16,167 bases of DNA from Prolixibacteraceae bacterium (GTDB lineage Bacteria > Bacteroidota > Bacteroidia > Bacteroidales > Prolixibacteraceae): NCBI GenBank assembly GCA_027859005.1, contig JAQIBQ010000200.1:1-16167 (forward strand), read 5' to 3'. Positions 1 to 8,803 of this stretch are shown in pieces. The first letter of the stretch is position 1. Every line of letters starts with the position of its first letter. A program made the translations under genes and the position numbers. The notes below the pieces were generated by a model. That model did not search any database and was not told where the DNA came from. It saw only the letters and a program-made list of their open reading frames with translations.

Positions 1-368
1 ATATTTAAGACTTTCCACTCGAACGAAACAACATTCCGAAAGGTTTGTCCTGCTTTGTTTTTTCTCTTTTTTTTTATAAAATTACTTTCCCTCTATTAAT
101 CTTATTATTGGGAACAAGATTGAGTTATTTCAAGAATTGTTTTTCAGTTGGAAATATTTCTTTCAAATCAGCTCCTGTTTCTGAAAGTTTAATGAGTGCC
201 GTAATTTCCACTATAGCATATATTTGAGTAATATCTAGCCTTGTTTTATCTCTTTTTAGATAAAAATTCCAACAAAACTATAAATCATAACTTATTACTA
301 TTGTTTGGTCAACTTTTCTTCTGTTAATTTGCCAACCGAATTAAATAGCAATAACAATTGAAAAAAGG

Positions 369-737
369 GTGAAGCAAATTAATCGTCATATTGTACTTAA
401 AATATTTTCATTTTTACTTATTGTATCAATAGGAATATGGACAGCAAGTAAGTCTGTATTTTATCATGCACATTTATTGCAAAAAGGAAAAATAATCTAC
501 CACTCTCATCCATATAATACAAGCAACGATAGTACTCCATTTAAAAGCCACGAACATACCGATGCTCAACTAGTAGCAATCGACCATTTAAATATTATAA
601 TATTTGCTGTTATTGTGCAATTTTTGATTGTACTTACAAAAAAATATTTTAAGCATACTCAACAGAAATTTGATTATACCGAAATAAATATTTGTAATAC
701 GCTCGGTCGTTCTCCTCCTTCTTTTCTTTTTGCATAA
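369..737 (+). CDS. Hypothetical small membrane protein with a His-rich loop
   Basis: 122-codon ORF with a GTG start; there is no in-frame ATG anywhere, and the frame opens at 345. It has an N-terminal hydrophobic helix (IVLKIFSFLLIVSIGIW) and a second one (LNIIIFAVIVQFLIVL). The loop YHAH..YHSHPYN..KSHEHTD (nt 462-563) is His-rich. It lies upstream of the TonB-dependent receptor on the same strand. I recognise no family. Confidence 0.4.
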   Translation: MKQINRHIVLKIFSFLLIVSIGIWTASKSVFYHAHLLQKGKIIYHSHPYNTSNDSTPFKSHEHTDAQLVAIDHLNIIIFAVIVQFLIVLTKKYFKHTQQKFDYTEINICNTLGRSPPSFLFA

Positions 738-945
738 TCACCATTATTTAGTACAATTTTTATTTCTAATACACCAGTTATTACAATAGTCCGGTAAGCA
801 TTTTGCAATGCAGTGATAATAAGACAATTAAAAAAGTATCAATTGCGCATGCAACTCGCTAGCAATCAATGGCCTACAGTGTGTCTCGTTACTCAAATCT
901 CAAAATCTAACGATCTATTGTTATTGCTGTGTCTCAATTTTTGAT

Positions 946-3351
946 ATGAAGAAAATTATTCTCGTATTGCATCTGATTTTTAGTATAATCCTAATTTTAA
1001 ATGTCAATACCATTTTTGCTCAAAACCGCGGAAATCATGGGAAACATGGTTACCGTCATCAAAAAACCGATGCCAACATTGTAGGACATGTAGTAAGCGG
1101 AGATGAACATCTACCTTTTGTTAGTATAGCCATAAAAGGCACAACCATTGGAACAACAACCGATGAAACCGGTCACTTTCAACTCATAAATCTTCCTCCA
1201 GGCAAACACATCGTTGCTGTTAGTATGATTGGGTATAGACCACAAGAAAAAAAAGTTACACTTGAGGCAAAACAAACCATTGAAATCAAATTTAAACTGG
1301 AAGAAGATGCGTTAAATATTGAGGAAATAATTGTATCGGCCGACCGTAGCGAACAGAAAAGAACTGAAGCACCAGTAATTGTTAATACCTTGTCTCCAAA
1401 AATATTTAACGCTTCGGCCTCAGTAACATTGGGTGAAGGCCTTAACTTTTCTCCAGGATTACGCATGGAAAATAATTGCCAGAACTGTGGATTCTCCCAA
1501 GTTCGCATGAATGGGATGGAAGGTGCATATTCACAGATACTGATCAATAGTCGTCCTATCTTTAGTGGATTAGCAGGCGTATATGGCTTAGAACTAATAC
1601 CAGCCAACATGATCGAAAAAGTTGAAGTTGTGCGCGGCGGTGGTTCTGCATTATTTGGTAGCAATGCAATTGCAGGAACAATTAATATCATTCTAAAAGA
1701 ACCAAAAGCGAATACATACGAAGCTGGTACTCAAACATCTTTAATTGGCGTAGGCACCGATGGTTTGGCTAGCGATTATTCCGTTAATTTCAATACAACA
1801 CTTGTTTCCGACGACCACCGCTCAGGGGCTTCACTTTATGGATTTACCCGTGACCGGGAAATGTACGATGCCAATAATGATGCATTTTCAGAGATATCGA
1901 AATTAAAGAACTTAACTTTTGGAGGAAGAGCTTTCCACCGATTTAATAATCGCGACAAATTAGCGCTCGACTTCTTTGCTATTAAGGAGGATCGTGCTGG
2001 TGGCAACAAGTCAGATTATACTATGCACGAGCGAGATATATCAGAAGCAGTAACTCACGATATGAAAGTAATTGGTTTGTCTTATGACTGTTTCTTCAGA
2101 GATTACGACCTGCTTTCAGTATACGCTTCTGGCCAATTCCTTAATCGCGATTCATATTATGGAGCAAACCAATCATTAAGCGATTATGGTAAAACAAGAG
2201 ACAACTCTTACAATGCAGGTTTTCAATACAAAGCCAATTTCAGTAATTCAACATTAGTTGCAGGATTAGAGAGCACAGGTGGTTTTCTACTCGATAAAAA
2301 ATTAGGTTATTTAGACATTGATAATGCAGTCATTGAGAACAATAAAATTGTAGATATCCCTCATACCGAAAACACCATTGTGGCCAATCAGTCATCAATC
2401 ACAACTGGAGCTTTTGCTCAATACGAATTCAAAATGGATGGTTTCAAAATTGCAGCAGGTGGCCGTCTCGATCATTACGAAATTAAAGACCTTGACGATA
2501 CCTCTAAAACGCCTAAAACAGGTAACGCATTTAGTCCTAGAATAAGTATAATGTATAATGTAATTGGTGCTCTTCAAGCACGTGTCAGTTATTCACAAGG
2601 CTATCGTGCTCCTCAAATTTTCGACGAAGATTTACACATAGAAACATCTGGTTCTCGCAAAGTGCTTCATGTAAACGATCAGAATTTAACACAGGAGACC
2701 AGTCACAGTTACATGGCTTCGTTAGACTATAACAATTTAATAGGAAATGTGTACACAAGTATTTTAGTTGAAGGATTCTATACCCGACTGGTGGATGCTT
2801 TTGCAAATGAAATCGGAATCCCCGATGAAACTGGTACAGCAATTTACACTCGTATTAATTCTGAAGGTGAAGCAGCAGTGCAAGGTGTAAACATAGAACT
2901 TCGACTCAAACCCAGTAAAACATTATCGTTGAGCTCTGGATTAACAATACAAAACAGTGCTTTTGATGAGCCTCAAGATTTTAATGAAACCAATTTCTTT
3001 CGTACTCCTGACAACTATGGATTCTTCGCAATTGATTGGGATTTTCACAAAGGATTTTGTTTCTCAACAACCGGAAACTATACTGGCAAGATGTTAGTTC
3101 CTTACTTTGGCTCTGATAATTTAAATGGCGAATTACGAAAATCAGATCCGTTTTTCGATTTGGGTGCTAAGCTAAGCTATAAGGTAAAATTGAATGGTGC
3201 ATCGGTTGAATTTAACGGAGGTATTAAGAATATTTTCAACTCATACCAATCCGATTTCGACTCAAAAGTTGATCGTGACCCAGCCTACGTTTATGGCCCT
3301 TTGAAACCACGTACGATATTTTTAGGTGTTAAATTTGGAAATATATTATAA
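946..3351 (+). CDS. TonB-dependent outer-membrane receptor with an N-terminal CarboxypepD_reg-like domain; not SusC-type
   Basis: 801 aa. Signal peptide ends ..NTIFAQ. CarboxypepD_reg-like segment: VVSGDEHLPFVSIAIKGTTIGTTTDETGHFQLINLPPGKHIVAVSMIGY. Plug motifs: IEEIIVSADR, FSQVRMNGMEG..ILINSRPIF, IEKVEVVRGGGSALFGSNAIAGTINII. A long beta-barrel region follows. No SusD-like gene follows it. Confidence 0.9.
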   Translation: MKKIILVLHLIFSIILILNVNTIFAQNRGNHGKHGYRHQKTDANIVGHVVSGDEHLPFVSIAIKGTTIGTTTDETGHFQLINLPPGKHIVAVSMIGYRPQEKKVTLEAKQTIEIKFKLEEDALNIEEIIVSADRSEQKRTEAPVIVNTLSPKIFNASASVTLGEGLNFSPGLRMENNCQNCGFSQVRMNGMEGAYSQILINSRPIFSGLAGVYGLELIPANMIEKVEVVRGGGSALFGSNAIAGTINIILKEPKANTYEAGTQTSLIGVGTDGLASDYSVNFNTTLVSDDHRSGASLYGFTRDREMYDANNDAFSEISKLKNLTFGGRAFHRFNNRDKLALDFFAIKEDRAGGNKSDYTMHERDISEAVTHDMKVIGLSYDCFFRDYDLLSVYASGQFLNRDSYYGANQSLSDYGKTRDNSYNAGFQYKANFSNSTLVAGLESTGGFLLDKKLGYLDIDNAVIENNKIVDIPHTENTIVANQSSITTGAFAQYEFKMDGFKIAAGGRLDHYEIKDLDDTSKTPKTGNAFSPRISIMYNVIGALQARVSYSQGYRAPQIFDEDLHIETSGSRKVLHVNDQNLTQETSHSYMASLDYNNLIGNVYTSILVEGFYTRLVDAFANEIGIPDETGTAIYTRINSEGEAAVQGVNIELRLKPSKTLSLSSGLTIQNSAFDEPQDFNETNFFRTPDNYGFFAIDWDFHKGFCFSTTGNYTGKMLVPYFGSDNLNGELRKSDPFFDLGAKLSYKVKLNGASVEFNGGIKNIFNSYQSDFDSKVDRDPAYVYGPLKPRTIFLGVKFGNIL

Positions 3352-3389
3352 AAAATATCGTTTCTTAGTTTACAACTTGAAATTGGTGT

Positions 3390-4157
3390 ATGCATAGAAA
3401 ATTGATAATTATTATTTTCTTTTTATTTCCAACAGTAATATTTGCTCAGTCGGCCAAAGAGCTAAATCAAAATTTCACTAAATTCTTACTGGAAGGAAAC
3501 GAAAAAGCCTGGGAGAAACAGGTATATAAATTACAGAGCAAGCAATTATCACAAAAAGAATCGGAGATTTTATTATCGGCTGAATACGGACTCATTGGCT
3601 TTTATATGGCTAATAATCAACTTAGCGATGCTGAAAAAATGATTGGTCATTTTGAAAATCATCTATCTTCTATAAGCAAAACAAACATTATAGATGCCAC
3701 TAATTTAGCCTATGAGGCTTCAATCGCTGGATTCAAAATAGCAATTTCTCCAGGAAAAGCAATATTTCTGGCAGGTGTTAATAAGCGAAAAATAGAAAAA
3801 GCTTTAAGTATTGATCCCGACAACCCAATTGCTTTATTTGAGCAAGCAAATTCCTTGTTTTTCAGGCCAGAGAATTTTGGTGGAAATCAGAAAAATGCGC
3901 TTACAATTTATGAAAAGGCATTTTCAATTATGGAAAAAGAAATTCCATCTCATTGGATCTATTACAATACTGGTGTTTGGCTCGGGCAAGTATATACTCA
4001 TTTCAATCAACTAAAAAAAGCAAGACACATTTACGAACAACTTTTAGACAAAGCACCCAATTATAAAATTGTTGCTGAAGTACTATATCCCAATATTAAA
4101 CTTAGTGAATTTGATGAAAAATGGGATGCCTTCCTCGAAGATACAGATGAAGATTAA
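3390..4157 (+). CDS. Secreted hypothetical protein, helical/TPR-like
   Basis: 255 aa. N-terminal signal peptide MHRKLIIIIFFLFPTVIFAQ. Helical repeat-like C-terminus (ALTIYEKAF..., GQVYTHFNQLKKARHIYEQLLDKAPNY). It starts 38 nt after the receptor stop on the same strand, so it is probably co-transcribed. Confidence 0.6.
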   Translation: MHRKLIIIIFFLFPTVIFAQSAKELNQNFTKFLLEGNEKAWEKQVYKLQSKQLSQKESEILLSAEYGLIGFYMANNQLSDAEKMIGHFENHLSSISKTNIIDATNLAYEASIAGFKIAISPGKAIFLAGVNKRKIEKALSIDPDNPIALFEQANSLFFRPENFGGNQKNALTIYEKAFSIMEKEIPSHWIYYNTGVWLGQVYTHFNQLKKARHIYEQLLDKAPNYKIVAEVLYPNIKLSEFDEKWDAFLEDTDED

Positions 4158-4324
4158 TTTTTAATCCATTCCCTTACATTCTGGAACTTTAAAATAACAA
4201 AAACGAAATTGAAACTTCCAATGACAAAGCTGTTGGAGGATCGTTAACGAAAACATTTATAAAAATTGAGTCAGGAAAAATCTTCCTTGGTTAATTCAAT
4301 AGCATTTTAGATTGGAACCCAGAA

Positions 4325-4786
4325 TCAACGAGGAAATTTCAATTTCAAATTTCGATCATACATTATTATACTGCCCGCTACCGAAACATTTACACTTAAT
4401 ACGGTGTCGAACTTTACCAAAAAATGCGATTTTTCAATGGCGTTTTTAGTTAAACCATTATCCTCTGCACCTAACAAATATACACATCGGCGAGGATGTT
4501 AAAATTCTTCTAAAGGCACTGCTCTTTCATCAAGCTCCACACCAACTAACTGGGCTCCTTTGGGCAAATGATTATAAAAATCATCGAAATTTACGAAATG
4601 GAAATAGGGCATTGCTCCAGTGGCTTTATGAGTATCGCAAGCCTGTTTTGCGTAACGTTTTCCAACAGTAAAAATAAAACTGGCTCCCATGTTTTGTGCC
4701 GAACGCCATAAAACCCCAAGATTTTCAGGAGTTTTTCCATTCTGAATTCCAATGCCAAAAAAACCTTGTTCCAGTGTATCAATCAT
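4325..4786 (-). pseudogene. TrmH/SpoU-family RNA 2'-O-methyltransferase interrupted by one in-frame TAA (4499-4501)
   Basis: The ORF-track fragment 4499-4786 encodes FFGIGIQNGKTPENLGVLWRSAQNMGASFIFTVG (SpoU motif 1). After the TAA the same frame continues HPRRCVYLLGAEDNGLTKNAIEKSHFLVKFDTVLSVNVSVAGSIIMYDRNLKLKFPR, ending at TGA 4325-4327. This part carries SpoU motifs 2 and 3. 462 nt = 154 codons, all in one frame. Confidence 0.8.
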
Positions 4787-4808
4787 TGATAAGAATTAAT
4801 TCGAACTG

Positions 4809-4816
4809 CAAATATA
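4809..4816 (-). promoter_or_regulatory. Candidate Bacteroidota sigma-A -7 box (TATATTTG) for the methyltransferase gene
   Basis: The minus-strand sequence TATATTTG matches TAnnTTTG and lies 22 nt upstream of the ATG at 4786. No clean -33 TTTG was seen. Confidence 0.35.
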
Positions 4817-4899
4817 GTTTAAAAGTGAAAATTAAATCGTTAAAATTCATTCAAAATATATCAAATCAACTATTAAAACAATTACTTTTCAAATGAAAA

Positions 4900-4930
4900 T
4901 TTGAGAAGCTAAGCTTATCCTCTATTTTTG
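4900..4930 (+). promoter_or_regulatory. Candidate Bacteroidota promoter (-33 TTTG, 19-nt spacer, -7 TATTTTTG) for the SWIM/SNF2 gene
   Basis: TTTG at 4900-4903 and TATTTTTG at 4923-4930, 23 nt upstream of the ATG at 4954. Both spacing and sequence fit the published TTTG / TAnnTTTG consensus. Confidence 0.4.
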
Positions 4931-4953
4931 TAAAAAACAGCGGGAAACAAAAC

Positions 4954-5475
4954 ATGGATAGAAAAAAACTATATTTATTTAACAATCTAAATATCGAAGA
5001 ATATTGCAACTTACATTGCTCTGATGTAATTTTTGAACGAGGGTTCGATTATTTAAATAATTATCGAGTTATTTCAGATTGGCAACCACCAACAAAAAAA
5101 AATGACATTATCGTATCGGTTCAAGGAAGTAAAATTTATGATGTTCATGTTAAATATTTTAATTCCTCCGAAATAACAACTCATTGCAACTGCCCCTATA
5201 GCTTTGGTGGTTTGTGCAAACACGAGGTTGCGGCATTAATGCACATTGACATGACGAATACTCCTGCAACAAAAGTGATTGAAATTGAACCCAATCCTGT
5301 CACTGATGAGAACTGCACCATCTGGGAATTAGATAAACTCAATGAAGAATATTTAGACGCTTTTGCAAATAAACTTGATTATCGGTTTAATGAATTTCAT
5401 GATTACCGATTTTCAATTTCAAAATTACTTGCAAAAAAAATCCAGTGTAAGATCATTCCTGGGTATAACAGTTAA
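4954..5475 (+). CDS. SWIM zinc-finger N-terminal module of an SNF2 helicase; ends at an in-frame TAA
   Basis: 173 aa. SWIM CxCx(n)CxH signature HCNCPYSFGGLCKHEVAAL. N-terminal ..FERGFDYLNNYRV.. is typical of SWIM-SNF2 N-termini. It is in the same reading frame as the downstream helicase ORF. Confidence 0.75.
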   Translation: MDRKKLYLFNNLNIEEYCNLHCSDVIFERGFDYLNNYRVISDWQPPTKKNDIIVSVQGSKIYDVHVKYFNSSEITTHCNCPYSFGGLCKHEVAALMHIDMTNTPATKVIEIEPNPVTDENCTIWELDKLNEEYLDAFANKLDYRFNEFHDYRFSISKLLAKKIQCKIIPGYNS

Positions 5476-5574
5476 AAAGAGAAGGAACAAAAGGTTGAAG
5501 TAAGTATTCATCCGCTAGGCATTCAGCTAACCTGTAGTTGCAGCAGCTGGAACAAAGGTGTTTGCAAACACAAA

Positions 5575-8500
5575 TTGGTTACGCTAGAGAACTTAGCCGA
5601 AGAGCGTTTTTTTCCTGACGTAATTTACCCTGAAAATAAAAAGAAAATTACCGACAGCATAATGGCATCATTTGGACTAACTGGTAAAGTGCCGGAGAAA
5701 GATTTTATCAACTTCTTTATTACTCAAGATGGTCATATCAGTTTAAGTGTTGCTCCAAAATACGATGGAATTCAGCCTGTCGACCTTGATGAAAGAATGG
5801 CTTATCGTGAGGTTTTTCTATCAAATACACTAGCTGCGGGAGAAGTAAAAATCGATTTACCTGAGTTTCCAACAGAAGAAGAGTCAACCGCAAAATTTGC
5901 TCTTGGTTTTCAACTTGTTTACATTCCGTTTAATGAACGGATTCAAATTATACCCATTGCAGGAAAGCTAAATAAACGAGGTACTGCCATGATTTCAAAT
6001 TTTGAATACTACGATGAAACCTCCATTCTACCTATTACCGAAAATATCGAAGATGAAAAGCTGATCAGACTTTGCCATAAAATAGCTCCTGAAAAGCTGG
6101 ATAATTACCTAAGGCGCAAAGAGATAAACCCAAGACAAGATATCGAAAATTATGCATCAACAGAACTGATTCAGTACTTGATGCAATATCTTCCTGAACT
6201 GTTTCAACGACTAAGTAAGCAAGCTTTTGTTTTTATCAAAAATGAAAAAAACCACGGATATTATGACGCAGTACCGAAAAAGAAAAATCTCAGTAGAATT
6301 GAAGTATCGATGATACCAGCTAATTTAATTTATAGGTTAACTGAAGACGAAATTTTTGTTGACTTGTTACCGGTTATCGAAATTGAGGGTGAAGAATATT
6401 TGTTTGACGATGAACAGATTGAAATACTGAACCCTGTATTGGTAAAAATTGGAAGCACAATCCACCTAATAAACGGCTTACAACATGCGCTAGGGGTTAA
6501 AAACACTTATGAATCGAGCAGCATAAAAATGGTGAATGATCACTTGTCAGTTTTTTTAGATGAATATGTTATTCCACTCTCCCAATCATTCGATATTAAA
6601 TTTGATCAACTTTCAAACTACGACATGGAAGAATTAAAAGTAAAACCTGTTAAAAAGAAGTTATACATCAGCGGAATGGGGAATTTTGTACTTTTTAAAC
6701 CGGTTGTTGAATACGAAAAAAACATTGATATTGAGTTGCTGAAAAAGGGAACTCCTGTTACGATTAATGGTCATATCATTCATAAAACCATACGTGATGA
6801 AAAGTACGAGGATGAATTTGATAGTTTTTTCAGAGCCTTACATCCTTCGTTCGGGAAACAATATCCACACGAATTTTACAACCTGAAGGTAGATCAGATG
6901 ATCGAAAAGTTCTGGTTTTTCGATGCTTTTGAGAAACTTAAAGCTTTCGATGTTGAAGTGTATGGCCTCAACGATTTGAAAAATTTTAAGTACAGCCCCT
7001 TTAAAGGAACTGTAAATACAAACTTGAAATCGGGGAAAGATTGGTTTGAAGTTAAAGTGCAAATAGCATTTGGCGATAACAAAGTATCACTTAACGAAGT
7101 TCGGAAAGCACTGTTAAAAAACGAACGCTATATAAAACTTTCAGACAATTCGATTGGAATTTTACCCGAAGAGTGGCTTGAAAAATTCAATCGTTACTTA
7201 CGTGTGGGAGAAATAAAAGACGATAAATTACTCATTTCGAAAAAGAAATTCCCGATTGTAGAAGAGCTGTTTGAGGATATTGACGATGCCGAAATACTAA
7301 AAGAACTTGCCGAAAAAAGAAGGTTCCTTAAAGAATTTGAAGAGATTAAACAGGTAAAACTTCCAGCTGGCATTAAAGCCAATTTGCGCGATTATCAAAA
7401 ATCGGGTTTTAACTGGATGTGTTTTTTACACAGTTTTAAATGGGGCGGCATTTTAGCCGACGATATGGGCCTTGGAAAAACCCTTCAAGCCATTACTTTT
7501 CTGAAAAAAATTGCAAAAGAAGATAAAAGACCATCGCTGATTGTTGTGCCAACAACGCTGATTTTTAACTGGGAAAACGAGCTTAAAAAGTTTTGCCCAT
7601 CGCTAAAAGCACATTACTACTACGGGAGCAACAGAGAGAAAAACGAAGACGTTTTCAATAAAAGCAATCTGGTAATTACCACCTACGGACTGGTTGTAAA
7701 CGACATTGAATTTTTGAAATCAATTGAGTTCAATTACATTATCCTCGATGAGTCGCAAGCCATAAAAAACCCAAGCTCGAAGCGGTTTAAAGCGGTGAAC
7801 TTACTTACTGCGAGCAACCGGATTGCCATGACCGGCACTCCAATAGAAAACAACACTTTCGATTTGTTTGCCCAAATGAGCTTTGTTAACCCCGGATTTC
7901 TTGGTAGTGCCAACCATTTTCGCGATCAGTTCTCAACCCCTATCGACCGCGATGGTGATAAACAAAGAGCAGCCGAATTGCAACAAATGATTGCGCCATT
8001 CGTGATTAGACGGACCAAAGAACAAGTGGCTACCGAACTACCTCCAAAAACCGAAGATGTAATTTATTGCACCATGGATAAGGAACAACGTGGTGTTTAC
8101 GATGCCTACCGTAACAAAATCAGAGAACAACTGATGGAGAAAATTGAAACTGAAGGTTTTGGCAAATCGAAAATTCATGTGTTGGAAGGATTGTTGAAAC
8201 TGAGACAAATTTGTGATTCTCCTGCACTTTTGTCGGATGACGAAAATTATGGCGACGACTCAGTAAAAATTAAAGAGCTGATGAGACACATTACCCGCAA
8301 AACATCGAACCATAAAATTGTCATCTTCTCGCAGTTTGTAAAAATGCTTGCCCTGCTTAAAGACGAGGTTGAGAATATGAATATCAATTATGAATACCTC
8401 GACGGACAATGCAATCAAAAGCAACGGAAAGCCAGTGTTGCCCGATTTCAGGAAGATGACAACTGCCGTTTATTCCTGATTAGCCTAAAGGCCGGAGGCA

Positions 8501-8769
8501 CGGGTATAAACCTCACGGCTGCCGATTATGTTTATATTGTTGATCCGTGGTGGAACCCGGCTGTTGAAAACCAAGCCATCGACCGCTGTTATCGGATTGG
8601 TCAAGATAAAAAAGTCTTTGCTTACCGTATGATCTGTAAAGACACCATCGAAGAAAAAATTATTCAGTACCAACAAGACAAACGAGACGTTGCTGAAGGC
8701 ATCATCCAAACCGATGAAAACTTTATGAAAAAACTCACCCAAGATGACGTTAAAGCTATTTTTGGTTGA
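5575..8769 (+). CDS. SNF2-family DEAD/DEAH-box helicase; the frame is open from 5476 and the true start is unresolved
   Basis: Motif I ILADDMGLGKT (GLGKT at 7468-7482). Motif II ILDESQAIKN (DESQ from 7747). MTGTPIENN. Helicase_C segment FLISLKAGGTGINLTAADYVYIVDPWWNPAVENQAIDRCYRIGQ. The ORF-track start at 5575 is TTG. The first in-frame ATG is 5662. A second SWIM motif (TCSCSSWNKGVCKH, 5530-5571) lies upstream of both candidate starts. Confidence 0.9.
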   Translation: MVTLENLAEERFFPDVIYPENKKKITDSIMASFGLTGKVPEKDFINFFITQDGHISLSVAPKYDGIQPVDLDERMAYREVFLSNTLAAGEVKIDLPEFPTEEESTAKFALGFQLVYIPFNERIQIIPIAGKLNKRGTAMISNFEYYDETSILPITENIEDEKLIRLCHKIAPEKLDNYLRRKEINPRQDIENYASTELIQYLMQYLPELFQRLSKQAFVFIKNEKNHGYYDAVPKKKNLSRIEVSMIPANLIYRLTEDEIFVDLLPVIEIEGEEYLFDDEQIEILNPVLVKIGSTIHLINGLQHALGVKNTYESSSIKMVNDHLSVFLDEYVIPLSQSFDIKFDQLSNYDMEELKVKPVKKKLYISGMGNFVLFKPVVEYEKNIDIELLKKGTPVTINGHIIHKTIRDEKYEDEFDSFFRALHPSFGKQYPHEFYNLKVDQMIEKFWFFDAFEKLKAFDVEVYGLNDLKNFKYSPFKGTVNTNLKSGKDWFEVKVQIAFGDNKVSLNEVRKALLKNERYIKLSDNSIGILPEEWLEKFNRYLRVGEIKDDKLLISKKKFPIVEELFEDIDDAEILKELAEKRRFLKEFEEIKQVKLPAGIKANLRDYQKSGFNWMCFLHSFKWGGILADDMGLGKTLQAITFLKKIAKEDKRPSLIVVPTTLIFNWENELKKFCPSLKAHYYYGSNREKNEDVFNKSNLVITTYGLVVNDIEFLKSIEFNYIILDESQAIKNPSSKRFKAVNLLTASNRIAMTGTPIENNTFDLFAQMSFVNPGFLGSANHFRDQFSTPIDRDGDKQRAAELQQMIAPFVIRRTKEQVATELPPKTEDVIYCTMDKEQRGVYDAYRNKIREQLMEKIETEGFGKSKIHVLEGLLKLRQICDSPALLSDDENYGDDSVKIKELMRHITRKTSNHKIVIFSQFVKMLALLKDEVENMNINYEYLDGQCNQKQRKASVARFQEDDNCRLFLISLKAGGTGINLTAADYVYIVDPWWNPAVENQAIDRCYRIGQDKKVFAYRMICKDTIEEKIIQYQQDKRDVAEGIIQTDENFMKKLTQDDVKAIFG

Positions 8770-8803
8770 TAATTTTATGTTTCCTAAAACAAGAACTGCC
8801 ATT

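Noticed and set aside
45-280. 60-aa plus-strand ORF (45-227), and a 50-codon stop-free minus-strand stretch (125-277, ..LDITQIYAIVEITALIKLSETGADLKEIFPTEKQFLK*).
   Set aside because: The plus-strand ORF is Phe/Leu-rich low-complexity sequence generated by a T-rich tract. The minus-strand stretch has no ATG (only an internal GTG giving 27 aa) and I cannot assign it to any family. It could be the relic of a gene tail, but the sequence alone does not support that.
738-945. Possible riboswitch (cobalamin, TPP or NiCo) or Fur/Zur box in the 208-nt leader upstream of the TonB-dependent receptor, for example GATAATAAGACAATTA around 815-835.
   Set aside because: I found no B12 box, no TPP CUGAGA/ACCUGA elements and no convincing conserved helices. 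The Fur-like match is a short AT-rich resemblance in AT-rich DNA. It would need a covariance-model scan to revisit.
1179-1691. 170-aa antisense ORF inside the TonB-dependent receptor. Similar nested or antisense ORFs occur at 2395-2577, 2585-2842, 3811-4014, 4591-4782, 4696-4896, 6838-7082, 7194-7382, 8485-8802, 9133-9351, 9327-9509, 9527-9724, 9865-10047, 10716-10910, 10939-11521, 13448-13645, 14371-14565, 14834-15130, 15232-15444 and 15548-15751.
   Set aside because: Each lies entirely within, or overlaps, a much longer ORF that has clear family motifs. They have low-complexity or odd composition and no recognisable domains, which is the typical shadow-ORF pattern in AT-rich DNA.
946-4157. 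SusC/SusD-type polysaccharide utilisation locus.
   Set aside because: At 801 aa the receptor is shorter than SusC-like proteins, and the downstream 255-aa gene is far too small and unlike SusD. No glycoside hydrolases are nearby.
4499-5475. Genome-wide reassignment of TAA to a sense codon, as an explanation for the two in-frame TAAs.
   Set aside because: At least five other well-supported genes in this window (receptor, 3390-4157, sbcD, GxxExxY, beta-barrel gene) end at TAA at positions consistent with normal family lengths. TAA therefore functions as a stop codon here.
4954-8769. SNF2 helicase as part of a phage-defence system of the DISARM, Zorya, BREX or Druantia type.
   Set aside because: None of the partner genes are adjacent: no methyltransferase/DUF1998/PLD, no ZorABC, no PglX and so on. 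SWIM-SNF2 proteins are common stand-alone genes. The neighbouring TrmH is a small RNA methyltransferase on the opposite strand.
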